Below, piece after piece: positions 20,407 to 30,373 of a DNA stretch of 64,000 bases (positions are counted from its first letter, which is position 1; every line of letters starts with the position of its first letter). This DNA is from Dehalococcoidia bacterium (GTDB lineage: Bacteria > Chloroflexota > Dehalococcoidia > Dehalococcoidales > UBA3254). Below the pieces are notes generated by a model. The model saw only the letters and a list, made by a program, of their open reading frames with translations, was not told where the DNA came from and did no database searches. Made by a program: the position numbers and the translations under genes. The DNA lies in NCBI GenBank assembly GCA_025361145.1, contig JANYAV010000012.1, positions 14,830 through 78,829 on the forward strand, in the 5' to 3' direction.

Positions 20407-20785
20407 AAAATAAAAAAGTACTCAACCTTAAATTTATAGAATTGGTTACTTTTGTAATGCAGGGAAAATTGTAAACATAGACACACAGGGTGGGGAACAA
20501 CTTTAAGTTCTAGTAATTATAGGGAGATTAAAAGTAGTTTGTCAAGCTTTTGTTTAGACACGAAAGTGGTTAATTTATGCTAAAAATTCAAAAGGAAAAC
20601 CTCAAAGGTTAAATTATCCAACGGTTTTACAAAACAAAAAGAATATGGTATCGTGTACAATCAGTACTTAGAGGTATCAATTCGTTAGTAAAATTTAGGC
20701 TTGCTGTTTCCGGCCACTAATACAGCCTCCTCCTTTTCTTGAATGCCTGTTACAAGGCCGGAACTGTGTTATCAAAGGAACATAA

Positions 20786-21031
20786 TTGGTAGAGAAACTA
20801 AAAAGATCGGCTTATATTGTTATTGAAGCTGAAAGATGTAAAGGGTGCCGTTATTGCATCGCAGTTTGTCCTGTCCAAATCATCGGAGTATCTAAGAGCA
20901 CCAATCAGATGGGAGCTAATCCTGTTGAGGTCATTGTCGGCAAAGATGATTTGTGTACAGGCTGTGGGAATTGTGCTACGATGTGTCCCGATACCGCTAT
21001 CTCCGTTTTTTCTACCAGAGAAAAAAGCTAA
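20786..21031 (+). CDS. 2-oxoacid:ferredoxin oxidoreductase, delta (2x[4Fe-4S] ferredoxin-like) subunit
   Basis: 81 aa with two CxxCxxCxxxCP clusters (CKGCRYCIAVCP, CTGCGNCATMCP). It is the first gene of a delta-alpha-beta-gamma cluster. Confidence 0.85.
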   Translation: MVEKLKRSAYIVIEAERCKGCRYCIAVCPVQIIGVSKSTNQMGANPVEVIVGKDDLCTGCGNCATMCPDTAISVFSTREKS

Positions 21032-21070
21032 GCGTTATGGTTTTTTAGGTGAATTTATCCGGAGGTAAAA

Positions 21071-22135
21071 GTGTCGAAAAAGGTACTCATGGTCGGTAAT
21101 GTAGCTATTGCAGAAGGTGCTGTTTTGGCCGGCTGCCAAGCTTATTTCGGCTATCCCATAACACCCCAGAATGAGATTTTGGAACATCTCTCTAAACGTT
21201 TGCCTGAGTTGGGTCGGGTCTTTTTACAGACTGAAAGTGAATTAGCCGCTATCAGCATGGTTATCGGTGCTGGAGCTACTGGTGTCCGTGCCATGACCTC
21301 CACCTCAAGCCCCGGTTTTTCTTTGCAACAAGAGGGTATTTCTTACATGGCAGGCGCGCAAATCCCGGGCGTTATTGTGAATGTTATGAGGGGTGGCCCT
21401 GGCCTGGGCAACATCGGTGGGGCTCAGGGCGATTATTTTCAAGCTGTTAAGGGTGGTGGTCACGGGGACTACCGTATTATAAATTTAGCCCCGGCCTCGG
21501 TGCAGGAAATGATGGACCTTACTATGCTGGCCTTTGAGTTAGCGGATAAATACCGCAATCCGACTTTTATACTGGTAGATGGGTTTTTAGGTCAAGCCAT
21601 GGAACCAGTTATTATACGAGATGCTGTTACTAAGTTTCCTGCGAAACCCTGGGCTATTACCGGAGCTAAAGGGCGCCCCAAGAATCTGCTTGATTCCTTT
21701 GAAATGAACCCTGTAAATTATCCTTCAAGGGTAAAAAAGCTGCTGGATAAATACGAAATCATACGCCGGAATGAGGTGCGTTTCGAAGGCCTACTCCTGG
21801 AAGATGCTGAGATTGTTGTGGTAGCTTACGGCAGTGCCAGCCGTTCGGCTATGTCAGCGGTCAAGCTGGCTCGCACTGATGGCATTAAAGCTGGGCTCCT
21901 TCGTCCTATTACCCTTTTCCCCTTTCCTGAAAAGGCATTGAGGGAGCTGTCCCTGCGGATTCAGGCTTTTTTAGTTGCCGAATTGAGTGGGGGGCAGATG
22001 ATTGAAGATGTAAGATTGGCGGTTGGGTTGGACTGTGAAGTGGACCTGGTCAACCGTTATGCTGGTGTGCCTCTGCCGGCCGAAGAAATACTGGAGAGCC
22101 TGCGAGGTATCGCGTTAAAACAGAGGAAGAATTAA
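21071..22135 (+). CDS. 2-oxoacid:ferredoxin oxidoreductase, alpha subunit
   Basis: 354 aa. GNVAIAEGAVLAGCQAYFGYPITPQNE N-terminus is typical of KorA/PorA/OorA. Confidence 0.88.
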   Translation: MSKKVLMVGNVAIAEGAVLAGCQAYFGYPITPQNEILEHLSKRLPELGRVFLQTESELAAISMVIGAGATGVRAMTSTSSPGFSLQQEGISYMAGAQIPGVIVNVMRGGPGLGNIGGAQGDYFQAVKGGGHGDYRIINLAPASVQEMMDLTMLAFELADKYRNPTFILVDGFLGQAMEPVIIRDAVTKFPAKPWAITGAKGRPKNLLDSFEMNPVNYPSRVKKLLDKYEIIRRNEVRFEGLLLEDAEIVVVAYGSASRSAMSAVKLARTDGIKAGLLRPITLFPFPEKALRELSLRIQAFLVAELSGGQMIEDVRLAVGLDCEVDLVNRYAGVPLPAEEILESLRGIALKQRKN

Positions 22136-22137
22136 GA

Positions 22138-22923
22138 TTGGATAAAGTAATATATACCAAACCAGAAGCCATGGAAGACCGCTTCACCCACTACTGTCCC
22201 GGTTGCGGACACAGTACTATAACCCGGCTGATAGCTGAGGCATTAGATACTCTGAAGATACAGGAAAAGGCGGTCTGTGTATCATCTATCGGCTGCTCGG
22301 TCAGTTCATATTATTATTTTAAATGTGACGGCCTGGAAGCTGCGCATGGACGCGCTCCGGCCGTGGCTACAGCTATCAAGCGCTGCCGTCCCGAATTATA
22401 TCCTTTCACTATCCAGGGGGACGGCGATTTGGCAGCCATCGGCACCGCCGAAACGGTGCATGCCAGCGCCCGGGGTGAAAATATTGTGCTCTTTTTCGTT
22501 AACAATGCAATTTATGGAATGACGGGCGGACAAATGGCTCCTACCACCCTGGTGGGAATGAATTCCACCTCTACCCCGGGAGGGCGGAAAACCGACACCG
22601 CCGGTTATCCCATCCGGGTTTGTGAGATGCTGGCTACTCTTGACGGTCCAGCTTATATTACCCGGGTATCTTTACACAATCCTGCCAATGTTCGTAAGGC
22701 TAAAAAGGCCATTGAGACTGCTTTCAGGGTACAGATGGCAGGACTGGGCTTATCTCTGGTAGAGATTCTTTCCCCTTGTCCGATCAGCTGGAAACTGGAG
22801 CCGACAAATGCCTTGAAATTTATCGAAGAGACTATGATCAAGCAATACCCACTTGGTGATTTCAAGGTTATAGATGGCGTAAAAGCTTTAATAGAAGGAG
22901 TTAACCCATGCTCGCCGAAATAG
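22138..22923 (+). CDS. 2-oxoacid:ferredoxin oxidoreductase, beta (TPP-binding) subunit
   Basis: 261 aa. YCPGCGH motif and GDGDLAAIG TPP-binding motif. Confidence 0.88.
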   Translation: MDKVIYTKPEAMEDRFTHYCPGCGHSTITRLIAEALDTLKIQEKAVCVSSIGCSVSSYYYFKCDGLEAAHGRAPAVATAIKRCRPELYPFTIQGDGDLAAIGTAETVHASARGENIVLFFVNNAIYGMTGGQMAPTTLVGMNSTSTPGGRKTDTAGYPIRVCEMLATLDGPAYITRVSLHNPANVRKAKKAIETAFRVQMAGLGLSLVEILSPCPISWKLEPTNALKFIEETMIKQYPLGDFKVIDGVKALIEGVNPCSPK

Positions 22924-23453
22924 TAATCTCTGGTTCGGGCGGGCAGGGAGTGCTGGTGATAGGACGTCTTATAGCAGAGGCGGGCTTTCTGGAGGGACAA
23001 GAAGTGGTCTGGTCGCCTTCCTATAGCGCTGAAAAGCGGGGAGGCACGGTTTCTTGTATGGTAACCATCTCCACTGAGAAGGTCGGCTCTCTCATGATTA
23101 CCCGTCCTACTATTGGCATAGCTATGAACCATGCTGCAGCCATAAAATTGGAACCAGCTCTAAAAAAAGATGGCTGGCTATTAGTTAATCAAGCCGAAAA
23201 TGGCTACCAACCTGCTCGCAAAGATATTCACTTTCTCACCGTCTCTGCTAATCAACTAGCACTGGAACTGGGATCTGAATCAACAGCCAATATTGTCGCG
23301 CTGGGGGCTTTGCTATCAATTCATCCGGTGGTTTCCCTGGACGGAGTTATCAAGGCTATGGCACAATTGTTCGGGAGTAAAATTCTGGAAATGAACAAGC
23401 AGGCCTTAATCAAGGGTAGTAAATCGGTAAAAACTAAGGATGAAAAGATCTAA
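22908..23453 (+). CDS. 2-oxoacid:ferredoxin oxidoreductase, gamma subunit
   Basis: 181 aa. ISGSGGQGVLVIGRLIA N-terminus. Overlaps the beta gene by 16 nt. The D-A-B-G order resembles oorDABC/kor clusters. Confidence 0.85.
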   Translation: MLAEIVISGSGGQGVLVIGRLIAEAGFLEGQEVVWSPSYSAEKRGGTVSCMVTISTEKVGSLMITRPTIGIAMNHAAAIKLEPALKKDGWLLVNQAENGYQPARKDIHFLTVSANQLALELGSESTANIVALGALLSIHPVVSLDGVIKAMAQLFGSKILEMNKQALIKGSKSVKTKDEKI

Positions 23454-23572
23454 CTTGAGTCCTTAGTGGTGGATAGGATATAGTAGTAACAATCAGTCCG
23501 GTTTTTAAAAAGTCCGGATTTATAGATAATAAATATTAAAGATAAAATGGACTAAACAAGGAGGTCAAATTC

Positions 23573-23833
23573 ATGGGTGCAATGTATGATAAATTGAAAA
23601 AGATAATAGTCGATCAATTAGGTGTGGAAGAAGTTAAAGTGGTTCCTACTGCTAAGTTTGCGGAGGACCTGGATGCCGATTCTTTAGACCTGGTGGAGTT
23701 AATCATGTCCATAGAGGAAAAATTCAGCACACCCGAATTGAAAGTAGAAATCCCAGATTCAGACGCTGAGAAGATTGTCTGTGTGCAGGATGCCATGGAT
23801 TATCTGATTAAGCTAGGCGTCAAAGACGCCTGA
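23573..23833 (+). CDS. acpP: Acyl carrier protein
   Basis: 86 aa. [20 protein letters not shown] with the phosphopantetheine Ser in DSL. AAGGAGG SD sequence. Confidence 0.9.
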   Translation: MGAMYDKLKKIIVDQLGVEEVKVVPTAKFAEDLDADSLDLVELIMSIEEKFSTPELKVEIPDSDAEKIVCVQDAMDYLIKLGVKDA

Positions 23834-23861
23834 TAAGTCCTGGTTAAATTGGAGTATTTAA

Positions 23862-23899
23862 GGAGGGCAGTAGTCGCAAAACTACTGCCCTCCTTTTTT
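23862..23899 (+). terminator. Rho-independent terminator after acpP
   Basis: 13-bp stem ggagggcagtagt/actactgccctcc, followed by TTTTTT. Confidence 0.85.
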
Positions 23900-23966
23900 A
23901 AATAAGTTTATAATGAATAAGAAAAGACTTTGATAAAATGTTGTTAACAATCGGCAGGGAAGCACT

Positions 23967-24593
23967 TTGGATATACAGGTGATAAACAATAACATAAGAG
24001 AAATATTGTCCAAGCACAAGAAAGTTTCGTTGGAGATGCCAGGCAAGCAACCTTCAGCCGTTTTAATTCCAATCTATGTCAAGGACGACAGGCATATTTT
24101 GGTCCTGACTCTCCGTTCGCAGTTGGTCCATCACCATAAGGGTGAGATTTCTTTTCCGGGAGGGGGATATCACCCCTTAGACATGAACTTGCAGCAGACA
24201 GCTTTACGTGAAACCTTTGAAGAGATAGGGGTGGATCCGGGGCAGGTGGATATTCTAGGTGAACTGGACGATAGTGCTACCATGGGTTCGGGTTTTATTA
24301 TCACCCCATTTGTCGGACTGATTCCAGCGGACTACCCTTTTAAGATTAGTGATTATGAGATTAGTAAATTGATTCACGCTCCGCTGGACGATTTACTGGC
24401 CAAGGGTTGCTGTCAATCTATCGCTCCGATCAACCGTGATGGGAATCCTGTCAGGCAGTTTATATTTACTTACCTGGGCCAACAAGTCATCGGAGCCACC
24501 GCCCGTGTCTTGCGGCAATTTCTGGATATTTACTCTCAAGCTGCGGGTTTGCCTACCCAGGAAAACAATTCCAGTGGGGAAAAGCAGCGGTAG
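23967..24593 (+). CDS. NUDIX hydrolase (CoA pyrophosphatase-like)
   Basis: 208 aa. Nudix box GEISFPGGGYHPLDMNLQQTALRETFEEIG. Confidence 0.85.
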   Translation: MDIQVINNNIREILSKHKKVSLEMPGKQPSAVLIPIYVKDDRHILVLTLRSQLVHHHKGEISFPGGGYHPLDMNLQQTALRETFEEIGVDPGQVDILGELDDSATMGSGFIITPFVGLIPADYPFKISDYEISKLIHAPLDDLLAKGCCQSIAPINRDGNPVRQFIFTYLGQQVIGATARVLRQFLDIYSQAAGLPTQENNSSGEKQR

Positions 24594-24616
24594 ATTCACA
24601 ATCTTGTATTAAGCAT

Positions 24617-24697
24617 TTGACTAAATATGTTAAAAGACTTAATATTATATTATTAAGAATATAACAATATTCATAACTAGCTCAAGTTAAATTTGAG
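24617..24697 (+). promoter_or_regulatory. Putative heat-shock operon promoter (TTGACT-17-TAATAT) with two inverted repeats
   Basis: -35 at 24617-24622 and -10 at 24640-24645. The 7-6-7 palindrome cttaata-N6-tattaag (24638-24657) overlaps the -10. A second inverted repeat, ctcaa-N7-ttgag, lies at 24681-24697. Confidence 0.4.
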
Positions 24698-24714
24698 AAT
24701 AAGTGAGGCTAAAA

Positions 24715-25731
24715 ATGGCCGGGAAAGATTATTATAGCATTCTCGGAGTCAGCCGAACCGCTGCCGATAAGGATATCAAAGCGACCTACCGCCGGTTGGC
24801 CCGCCAGTATCATCCTGATGTGAATCCCGGCAACAAATCCGCGGAAGAACATTTCAAAAAGATCAACCAGGCCTATGAGGTCTTATCTGATCCTGAGAAG
24901 CGTAAAAAATACGATCAATATGGAGATGGGTGGGAGCACGCTGAGCAATATGCTGAGGCAGCCCGTCAGCAACAGCAACAACAGCAGCAGAGGAGCGGAT
25001 TCCGCTATACCCAGAAGCCAGGAGCGGAAGAAGCCTTTGGCTCTGATGAACCGGACCTGGCGAGTTTATTCGGCAATTTATTTGGGGGAAGGGCCGGTGC
25101 TTCCAGCCGCAAGAGCAGTCGTGTCCAGCGCGGTGAGGACGTAGAGTATCAGATTGAACTGACACTGGAAGAGGCCTTCAATGGCACTATGAGGAATATT
25201 TCTCTGCAGTCTGAAATTCCCTGTGCTGCTTGTCATGGCACGGGACGTATTCAGGGATTACCCTGCTCGGTTTGCCGCGGTTCGGGTTCCACTCACGAGG
25301 TTAAGCGTCTTGAGGTAAAGATCCCGGCCGGAGTGGACGATGGCTCGCGCGTGCGTATTGCGGGCAAAGGCCAGCCTGGCGCAGGGGGTGGGACACCGGG
25401 AGACCTATTTCTGGTGGTTTCTTTAAAGAAGCACAACCAGTTTGAACGCAAGGAAAACGATTTATACATTGATTTACCAGTCCAACTTGTGACTCTTATG
25501 CTGGGGGGCGAGGTGCAGGTACCAACTCTAAAAGGCAGTAAACTGGCGTTAAAAATTCCTGCAGAAACGCAAAATGGAAAAGTATTTCGCCTTGCAGGAC
25601 AGGGCATGCCTGTTCTGGGCTCAGTGGCCAGGGGCGATCTGTTGGTCACAGTTAAGGTGGTTCTACCTAAATCCTTGACTGTGGAGGAAAAAGCCCTGTT
25701 TACCCGCTTGAAAGAGATCAGGCCTGTCTAA
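24715..25731 (+). CDS. dnaJ: DnaJ/CbpA-type J-domain co-chaperone
   Basis: KDYYSILGV...HPD J domain. A poly-Q/G-rich linker, only two CxxCxGxG zinc repeats, and a C-terminal substrate-binding domain. Confidence 0.88.
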   Translation: MAGKDYYSILGVSRTAADKDIKATYRRLARQYHPDVNPGNKSAEEHFKKINQAYEVLSDPEKRKKYDQYGDGWEHAEQYAEAARQQQQQQQQRSGFRYTQKPGAEEAFGSDEPDLASLFGNLFGGRAGASSRKSSRVQRGEDVEYQIELTLEEAFNGTMRNISLQSEIPCAACHGTGRIQGLPCSVCRGSGSTHEVKRLEVKIPAGVDDGSRVRIAGKGQPGAGGGTPGDLFLVVSLKKHNQFERKENDLYIDLPVQLVTLMLGGEVQVPTLKGSKLALKIPAETQNGKVFRLAGQGMPVLGSVARGDLLVTVKVVLPKSLTVEEKALFTRLKEIRPV

Positions 25732-25753
25732 ACTTTAATGAGGTGGGAGCGCG

Positions 25754-26068
25754 ATGAAAAAAATGGAAAATGAACCTCGCTATGTAATCAGTATTGCTGC
25801 CCAAATGTTAGGAATTCAGACTCATACTTTGCGTTATTACGAGAGAATAGGCGTCGTTCAGCCTTCCCGGTCGCGTGGCAATATTCGGCTTTATTCAGAA
25901 CAGGACCTGGAACAACTCCGTCATGTAAAAAATTTAATTGAGGAATTAGGAGTTAATTTAGCTGGAGCTGAGGTTATTCTGCGCATGGCACGCCAGATTG
26001 CAGAGTTGCAGCTGCGCGTACAGGAACTTGAGGCTGAATTGTATGGGAAGAAGGGAGGAAGACAATGA
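25754..26068 (+). CDS. hspR: MerR-family heat-shock regulator (HspR-like)
   Basis: 104 aa. MerR helix-turn-helix IAAQMLGIQTHTLRYYERIG plus a coiled-coil tail. It sits between the dnaJ and clp genes, as in hspR operons. Confidence 0.8.
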   Translation: MKKMENEPRYVISIAAQMLGIQTHTLRYYERIGVVQPSRSRGNIRLYSEQDLEQLRHVKNLIEELGVNLAGAEVILRMARQIAELQLRVQELEAELYGKKGGRQ

Positions 26069-28506
26069 AACAGGAAAAATTCACCGAACAAGCACAGGAA
26101 GTTATGGCAGCGTCCCAGGAATTGGTTCGCACCTATAAGCACAATCAATGGGACGTCGAACATATATTAATGGCATTGTTACAACAGGAAAAAGGCACCG
26201 TTAATCAGGTCCTGGAGAAAATGGGTGTCGATCTGGAGACGCTCCGCCAGAAAGTGGGGGATGCTTTAGAGAAAATGCCCAAGGTCACCTATGATACCGG
26301 TCAAATTTACGCTACTCCCAGGATTCAATGGCTTTTTCAGGCCGCAGATGCTGAAGCTAAGAGGCTAAAAGACGAGTTCATCGGTACTGAGCACTTTTTG
26401 ATTGCGATGTCCGGCGAGCAAAAAGGTGAAGCCGCGGGAATACTGCAAAGCGCAGGGATTGACCAGGAGAAGGTCTATACCGCTTTGAAAGAGATACGCG
26501 GGGCACATCGGGTGACGGACGCTCGCGCGGAGAGTAAATATCGTTCTTTAGAAAAGTACAGCCGTGACCTAACGGAACTGGCCCGTCAGGGCAAACTTGA
26601 TCCAGTAATAGGCCGGGAAGACGAGATCAAACGTGTGATGCAAATACTGACCAGGCGAACCAAGAATAATCCGGTTATTGTGGGTGAGGCTGGTGTGGGT
26701 AAAACTGCTATCGCTGAAGGCCTTGCGGAAAAAATCGTGGCTAATGATGTGCCTGATTCTTTGAAAGGACGTAAGGTAGCCGCACTGGATATGGGCGCGC
26801 TGGTGGCTGGCAGCAAGTTCCGCGGTGAGTTCGAAGAAAGACTAAAAGCCGTGATGGACGAGATAAAAAGCTCAAATGGCGAAGTCATTCTTTTTATTGA
26901 CGAAATTCATACAGTAGTCGGCGCGGGAGCCAGCGAGGGTGCAATCGATGCCAGCAACATGCTTAAACCCGCTCTATCCCGGGGTGAGCTGCAGACTATC
27001 GGTGCCACTACTCTTGATGAATACCGTAAACATATCGAAAAAGACAAAGCGCTCGAGAGGCGTTTTCAGCCGGTGTATGTCAATGAACCTACTATCGAGC
27101 AAGCTATTTTAATATTAAAAGGTCTGAGACCGCGTTATGAGTCCCATCATAAGGTCAAGATCACAGACGCCGCTCTGGAAGCCGCTGTTAAACTTGGTCA
27201 ACGCTATATCACTGAACGGCATTTGCCGGACAAAGCCATAGATTTGATAGATGAAGCAGCTAGTAAGTTGAGAATAGAAGCCCCAGGAGCTTCCCCGAAG
27301 TTAAAACAAGTTGATGAGGAAATAAGAAAACTAAAAGAAGAAGAAGAAAAATTTTCTGGTCTAGGAGAATATGAAAGACTAGCAAAAACCAAAGCTGAGA
27401 GGGTCAAAAAGGAAATAGAATATAAAAAAATAAATGATCCATACATCGAAAAGCTCAAAGAATTTTTAATAGTCAGAGAAGCGGATATCGCTCAACTCGT
27501 GTCAAAATGGACGGGTATTCCTGTTACCCAGAATGCGGAAGGCGAAAGTCAGAAGCTGGTTAATATGGAAGAGCGGATTCATGAACGTATGATCAACCAG
27601 GAAGAAGCCGTCAAGACGGTTTCCGAAGCCATCCGGCGCAGTCGGGCTGGCTTAAAAGATCCCAAGCGTCCCATCGGCAGTTTTATTTTCCTGGGTCCGA
27701 CAGGTGTCGGTAAGACCGAATTAGCCCGCAGCCTGGCCTGGTTCTTATTCGATGATGAGACCGCCATGATCCGGCTGGATATGTCCGAATATCAGGAGAA
27801 ACACACCATCTCGCGCATGATTGGGGCTCCTCCCGGTTACGTCGGTTTTGAAGAAGGTGGCCAACTGACTGAGGCTGTACGGCGACGGCCATATCGTGTG
27901 ATCTTGCTGGACGAAATAGAGAAAGCCCATCCAGAGGTTTTCAATACACTGTTACAGGTGCTTGATGACGGGCGTCTCACTGACGGCCAGGGTCGCACGG
28001 TGGATTTTAAAAATACCGTAATTATCATGACCAGTAATACCGGAGTGGATTTGATAAAGAAAGCCGGTCCCATCGGCTTTGCCACCAATAAGAGCGCTAC
28101 TAAAGTTCAGGCGCAGAACTATGACAATATGAAGGAAAAGGTGATGGCTGAAGTGCGCAAGACCTTCCGCCCTGAGTTTATCAACAGACTGGATGATATT
28201 ATTGTTTTCCATGAGTTATCCAGAGAACAAATAGGCAGTATAGTGGAACTGATGATAAAAGATTTGCAGAAACGGCTTAGCGAGCGTAAACTGAATCTTG
28301 AGTTGTCTGACACGGCCAGAAAATGGTTGGCAGATACGGGCTACGATCCGACCTATGGAGCGCGTCCGCTGCGTAGGGCCATTGAACGGTTTGTGGAAAA
28401 CCCCCTCGCCAGTAAGATACTCTCAGGAGAGTATAAAGAAGGGGAAACTATTCTGGTAGACCTGACAGGCGATGAATTGACGTTTAAGAAGAAAGAGATC
28501 TCATAA
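26065..28506 (+). CDS. clpC: Class I Clp/Hsp100 AAA+ chaperone, ClpC-like (could be annotated ClpB)
   Basis: 813 aa. Clp_N repeats, two Walker A sites ([16 protein letters not shown]), and a short middle domain. There is a PIGF loop before the FRPEFINR region where ClpP-binding ClpA/C/X proteins carry (I/L/V)GF. Confidence 0.8.
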   Translation: MKQEKFTEQAQEVMAASQELVRTYKHNQWDVEHILMALLQQEKGTVNQVLEKMGVDLETLRQKVGDALEKMPKVTYDTGQIYATPRIQWLFQAADAEAKRLKDEFIGTEHFLIAMSGEQKGEAAGILQSAGIDQEKVYTALKEIRGAHRVTDARAESKYRSLEKYSRDLTELARQGKLDPVIGREDEIKRVMQILTRRTKNNPVIVGEAGVGKTAIAEGLAEKIVANDVPDSLKGRKVAALDMGALVAGSKFRGEFEERLKAVMDEIKSSNGEVILFIDEIHTVVGAGASEGAIDASNMLKPALSRGELQTIGATTLDEYRKHIEKDKALERRFQPVYVNEPTIEQAILILKGLRPRYESHHKVKITDAALEAAVKLGQRYITERHLPDKAIDLIDEAASKLRIEAPGASPKLKQVDEEIRKLKEEEEKFSGLGEYERLAKTKAERVKKEIEYKKINDPYIEKLKEFLIVREADIAQLVSKWTGIPVTQNAEGESQKLVNMEERIHERMINQEEAVKTVSEAIRRSRAGLKDPKRPIGSFIFLGPTGVGKTELARSLAWFLFDDETAMIRLDMSEYQEKHTISRMIGAPPGYVGFEEGGQLTEAVRRRPYRVILLDEIEKAHPEVFNTLLQVLDDGRLTDGQGRTVDFKNTVIIMTSNTGVDLIKKAGPIGFATNKSATKVQAQNYDNMKEKVMAEVRKTFRPEFINRLDDIIVFHELSREQIGSIVELMIKDLQKRLSERKLNLELSDTARKWLADTGYDPTYGARPLRRAIERFVENPLASKILSGEYKEGETILVDLTGDELTFKKKEIS

Positions 28507-28527
28507 TTATTTGGCCTATTCCCACCG

Positions 28528-29181
28528 GTGATGGAGGAATCTGACATAACAGACCGCACTAAATACATACTTCTTACCAGTGTCGTAGTGATCACTACAG
28601 CTCTCTCCATCTGGTTGATGATCCGTTTCTGGGATAAAATTGGCGAGTTACAGGAGTGGGGGCTGGTAGGAGTTTTTGGGATAGCCTTTCTTGCCGGTAG
28701 CAGCATTCCTACTCCCATTTCATATCTGCTCGTAGTGTTTGCCATGGCTCATCAACCCACCTATGGGATTTGGCAGCCCACTTTCGTAGGCTTATCGGGT
28801 GGAGTTGGAGCCGGTTTGGGTGGTACACTGGTTTTTTTAATAGGCAGGGGAGGCCGAAGGTTCTTTCCCGAGTTAAAAGACCTCAGCGCTGAGGAACAAG
28901 CTCGAAATAGGCTTTCCAGAATATTAACCGGTAAATTTAATAAGTGGGCCCATAAACGTGGTTCTATAGTCGTTTTTGTCATGTCCGCTATGTTAAATCC
29001 GGTTTTCGCACCGATGGCTATCGCGATGGGAGCGTTGCGTTTCAAAGCGATCAGGTTTTTTTTCATGTGCACATTAGGCAACCTGGTTAAAGCTTTGATA
29101 ATTTCATATTTAGGGTATCTTGGTCTGGGTTTATTTAAAGTGCTTTTTGATAAAATAGTTATGATTCTCGGAGGTTCATAA
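28528..29181 (+). CDS. Polytopic membrane protein (possibly YqaA/DedA-VTT-like)
   Basis: 217 aa with about 5-6 predicted TM helices. The family assignment is tentative and made by eye only. Confidence 0.5.
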   Translation: MMEESDITDRTKYILLTSVVVITTALSIWLMIRFWDKIGELQEWGLVGVFGIAFLAGSSIPTPISYLLVVFAMAHQPTYGIWQPTFVGLSGGVGAGLGGTLVFLIGRGGRRFFPELKDLSAEEQARNRLSRILTGKFNKWAHKRGSIVVFVMSAMLNPVFAPMAIAMGALRFKAIRFFFMCTLGNLVKALIISYLGYLGLGLFKVLFDKIVMILGGS

Positions 29182-29315
29182 TAGGTAATAAATTTCAGAA
29201 ATTTATTTACGATATTTTTGGTACCAGCCTGTATATTAGCCCTCCCATCAGGGGACAGATTAATTGGATTGCATCCAGAATACCCCAAACTTATTTAAAT
29301 AGGGAAATAGATGAT

Positions 29316-29729
29316 TTGGGCTGCGGAGACGGCAGGATTACCAAAGAAATGGGGCAGATTTTTAAAGCTAAAAAGGTGCGCGGATTCGATGTGTATCCCT
29401 CTCTGGTAAAACGGGCTTGTCATAACGGTGTCGACGCTTGTGTAATGGACCTTGAGAACGGTATGCCCAGGGGAGAATTGGCGGTGATGTGGGGAGTTCT
29501 GCATCATTTAAAGGAGAGGGAAACCTGTATTAAGAGAATCAGCGAAAATTATTCCATGGTGTTTATCCGTGAACCTATCAAGACCATTTCGTTAAAGGTA
29601 TTTGAAATGGGTGATCCGATTGAAAAGGAAGAATTCGAAAGGCTGGTAAACAAATATCTGCCTGGAGCGCAGATTTTATATTATTCCTTCTGTGTTTTTG
29701 TTTTTTATAGTAAAAACGGCGTTAGTTAG
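29316..29729 (+). CDS. Class I SAM-dependent methyltransferase; true N-terminus probably upstream (frame open from 29154)
   Basis: The ORF-track TTG is the Leu inside SAM motif I (EIDD-L-GCGDG). There is an upstream in-frame extension preceded by a GGAGG SD sequence, but it has no ATG, GTG or TTG. Confidence 0.55.
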   Translation: MGCGDGRITKEMGQIFKAKKVRGFDVYPSLVKRACHNGVDACVMDLENGMPRGELAVMWGVLHHLKERETCIKRISENYSMVFIREPIKTISLKVFEMGDPIEKEEFERLVNKYLPGAQILYYSFCVFVFYSKNGVS

Positions 29730-29752
29730 TCTAAGAGAGTAGTTCTTAATCA

Positions 29753-29788
29753 AAAGGGGTGGATATTGTTCGCTATCCACCCCTTTAT
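29753..29788. terminator. Bidirectional hairpin terminator between the convergent methyltransferase and mscL genes
   Basis: 13-bp stem aaaggggtggata/tatccaccccttt. Confidence 0.7.
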
Positions 29789-29807
29789 TGTTGGTTTATT
29801 ATATAGA

Positions 29808-30269
29808 CTATTTCTTTAATTCGGAGGTACAATTAGGGCAGCGGGTGGCCTTGATAGGAATATTGGAAAAACAATAGGGGCACTCTTTGGTGGTGGGTGC
29901 TGCCGGAGCGGCGGGGGTTGACTTTCTAGCGTTTAGCCTGGCAATCGGCCGAACTACAAAGAAGAAGAGTACTGCTGCGATAATCAGGAAGTTGATGATA
30001 GTGTTGATAAAAACACCGTAGTTGATGGTGATGGCGCCGGCTGCTTGAGCTGCCGCTAGCGAAGCGTAAGGTCCAGGGGTGGCACCAGCTTTGAGGACTG
30101 CAAACATGTTTTGAAAGTCCACATTACCCAGAGCCAGTCCGATGGGCGGCATGATAATGTCTTTAACCGCCGAATTGATAATCAGACCGAAAGCGATACC
30201 GATAATGATACCGACAGCCATGTCTACTACGTTGCCCTTCATAATGAAGTTTTTAAAATCCTTGAACAC
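29808..30269 (-). CDS. mscL: Large-conductance mechanosensitive channel MscL with a C-terminal CxxC...CxxC zinc-ribbon tail
   Basis: FKNFIMKGNVVDMAVGIIIG start, two TM helices, and the tail ECPYCFSNIPIKATRCPNCTSEL. Confidence 0.9.
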   Translation of the reverse strand: MFKDFKNFIMKGNVVDMAVGIIIGIAFGLIINSAVKDIIMPPIGLALGNVDFQNMFAVLKAGATPGPYASLAAAQAAGAITINYGVFINTIINFLIIAAVLFFFVVRPIARLNARKSTPAAPAAPTTKECPYCFSNIPIKATRCPNCTSELKK

Positions 30270-30373
30270 TTATCTCCTCCTTTAATATTTTCATTAAAAT
30301 GAACAGCTTTGAACCATATTATACGCTATTTCCACCGGTTTTCAAGAGTGCTGAAAATGACTTGAACCTGGGA

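Noticed and set aside
20407-20785. The 380-nt spacer between pyrG and the oxidoreductase operon as a hidden ncRNA or riboswitch
   Set aside because: It contains only one 8-bp stem with a loop of about 40 nt (about 20711-20770). I recognise no conserved riboswitch or ncRNA motif. It is most simply two divergent promoter regions.
24940-25010. The poly-Gln (Q8) tract and caa/cag repeat in dnaJ as a contingency or phase-variation locus
   Set aside because: The repeat is a mixed CAA/CAG run that stays in frame within the flexible G/F-type linker. It is too short and impure to suggest slipped-strand switching.
26065-28506. Calling the Hsp100 protein ClpB on the basis of operon context (dnaJ-hspR-clpB)
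   Set aside because: The short middle domain, the 813-aa length and the PIGF loop at the ClpP-docking position fit ClpC better. I kept the call as ClpC-like with explicit uncertainty, because this cannot be settled without an alignment.
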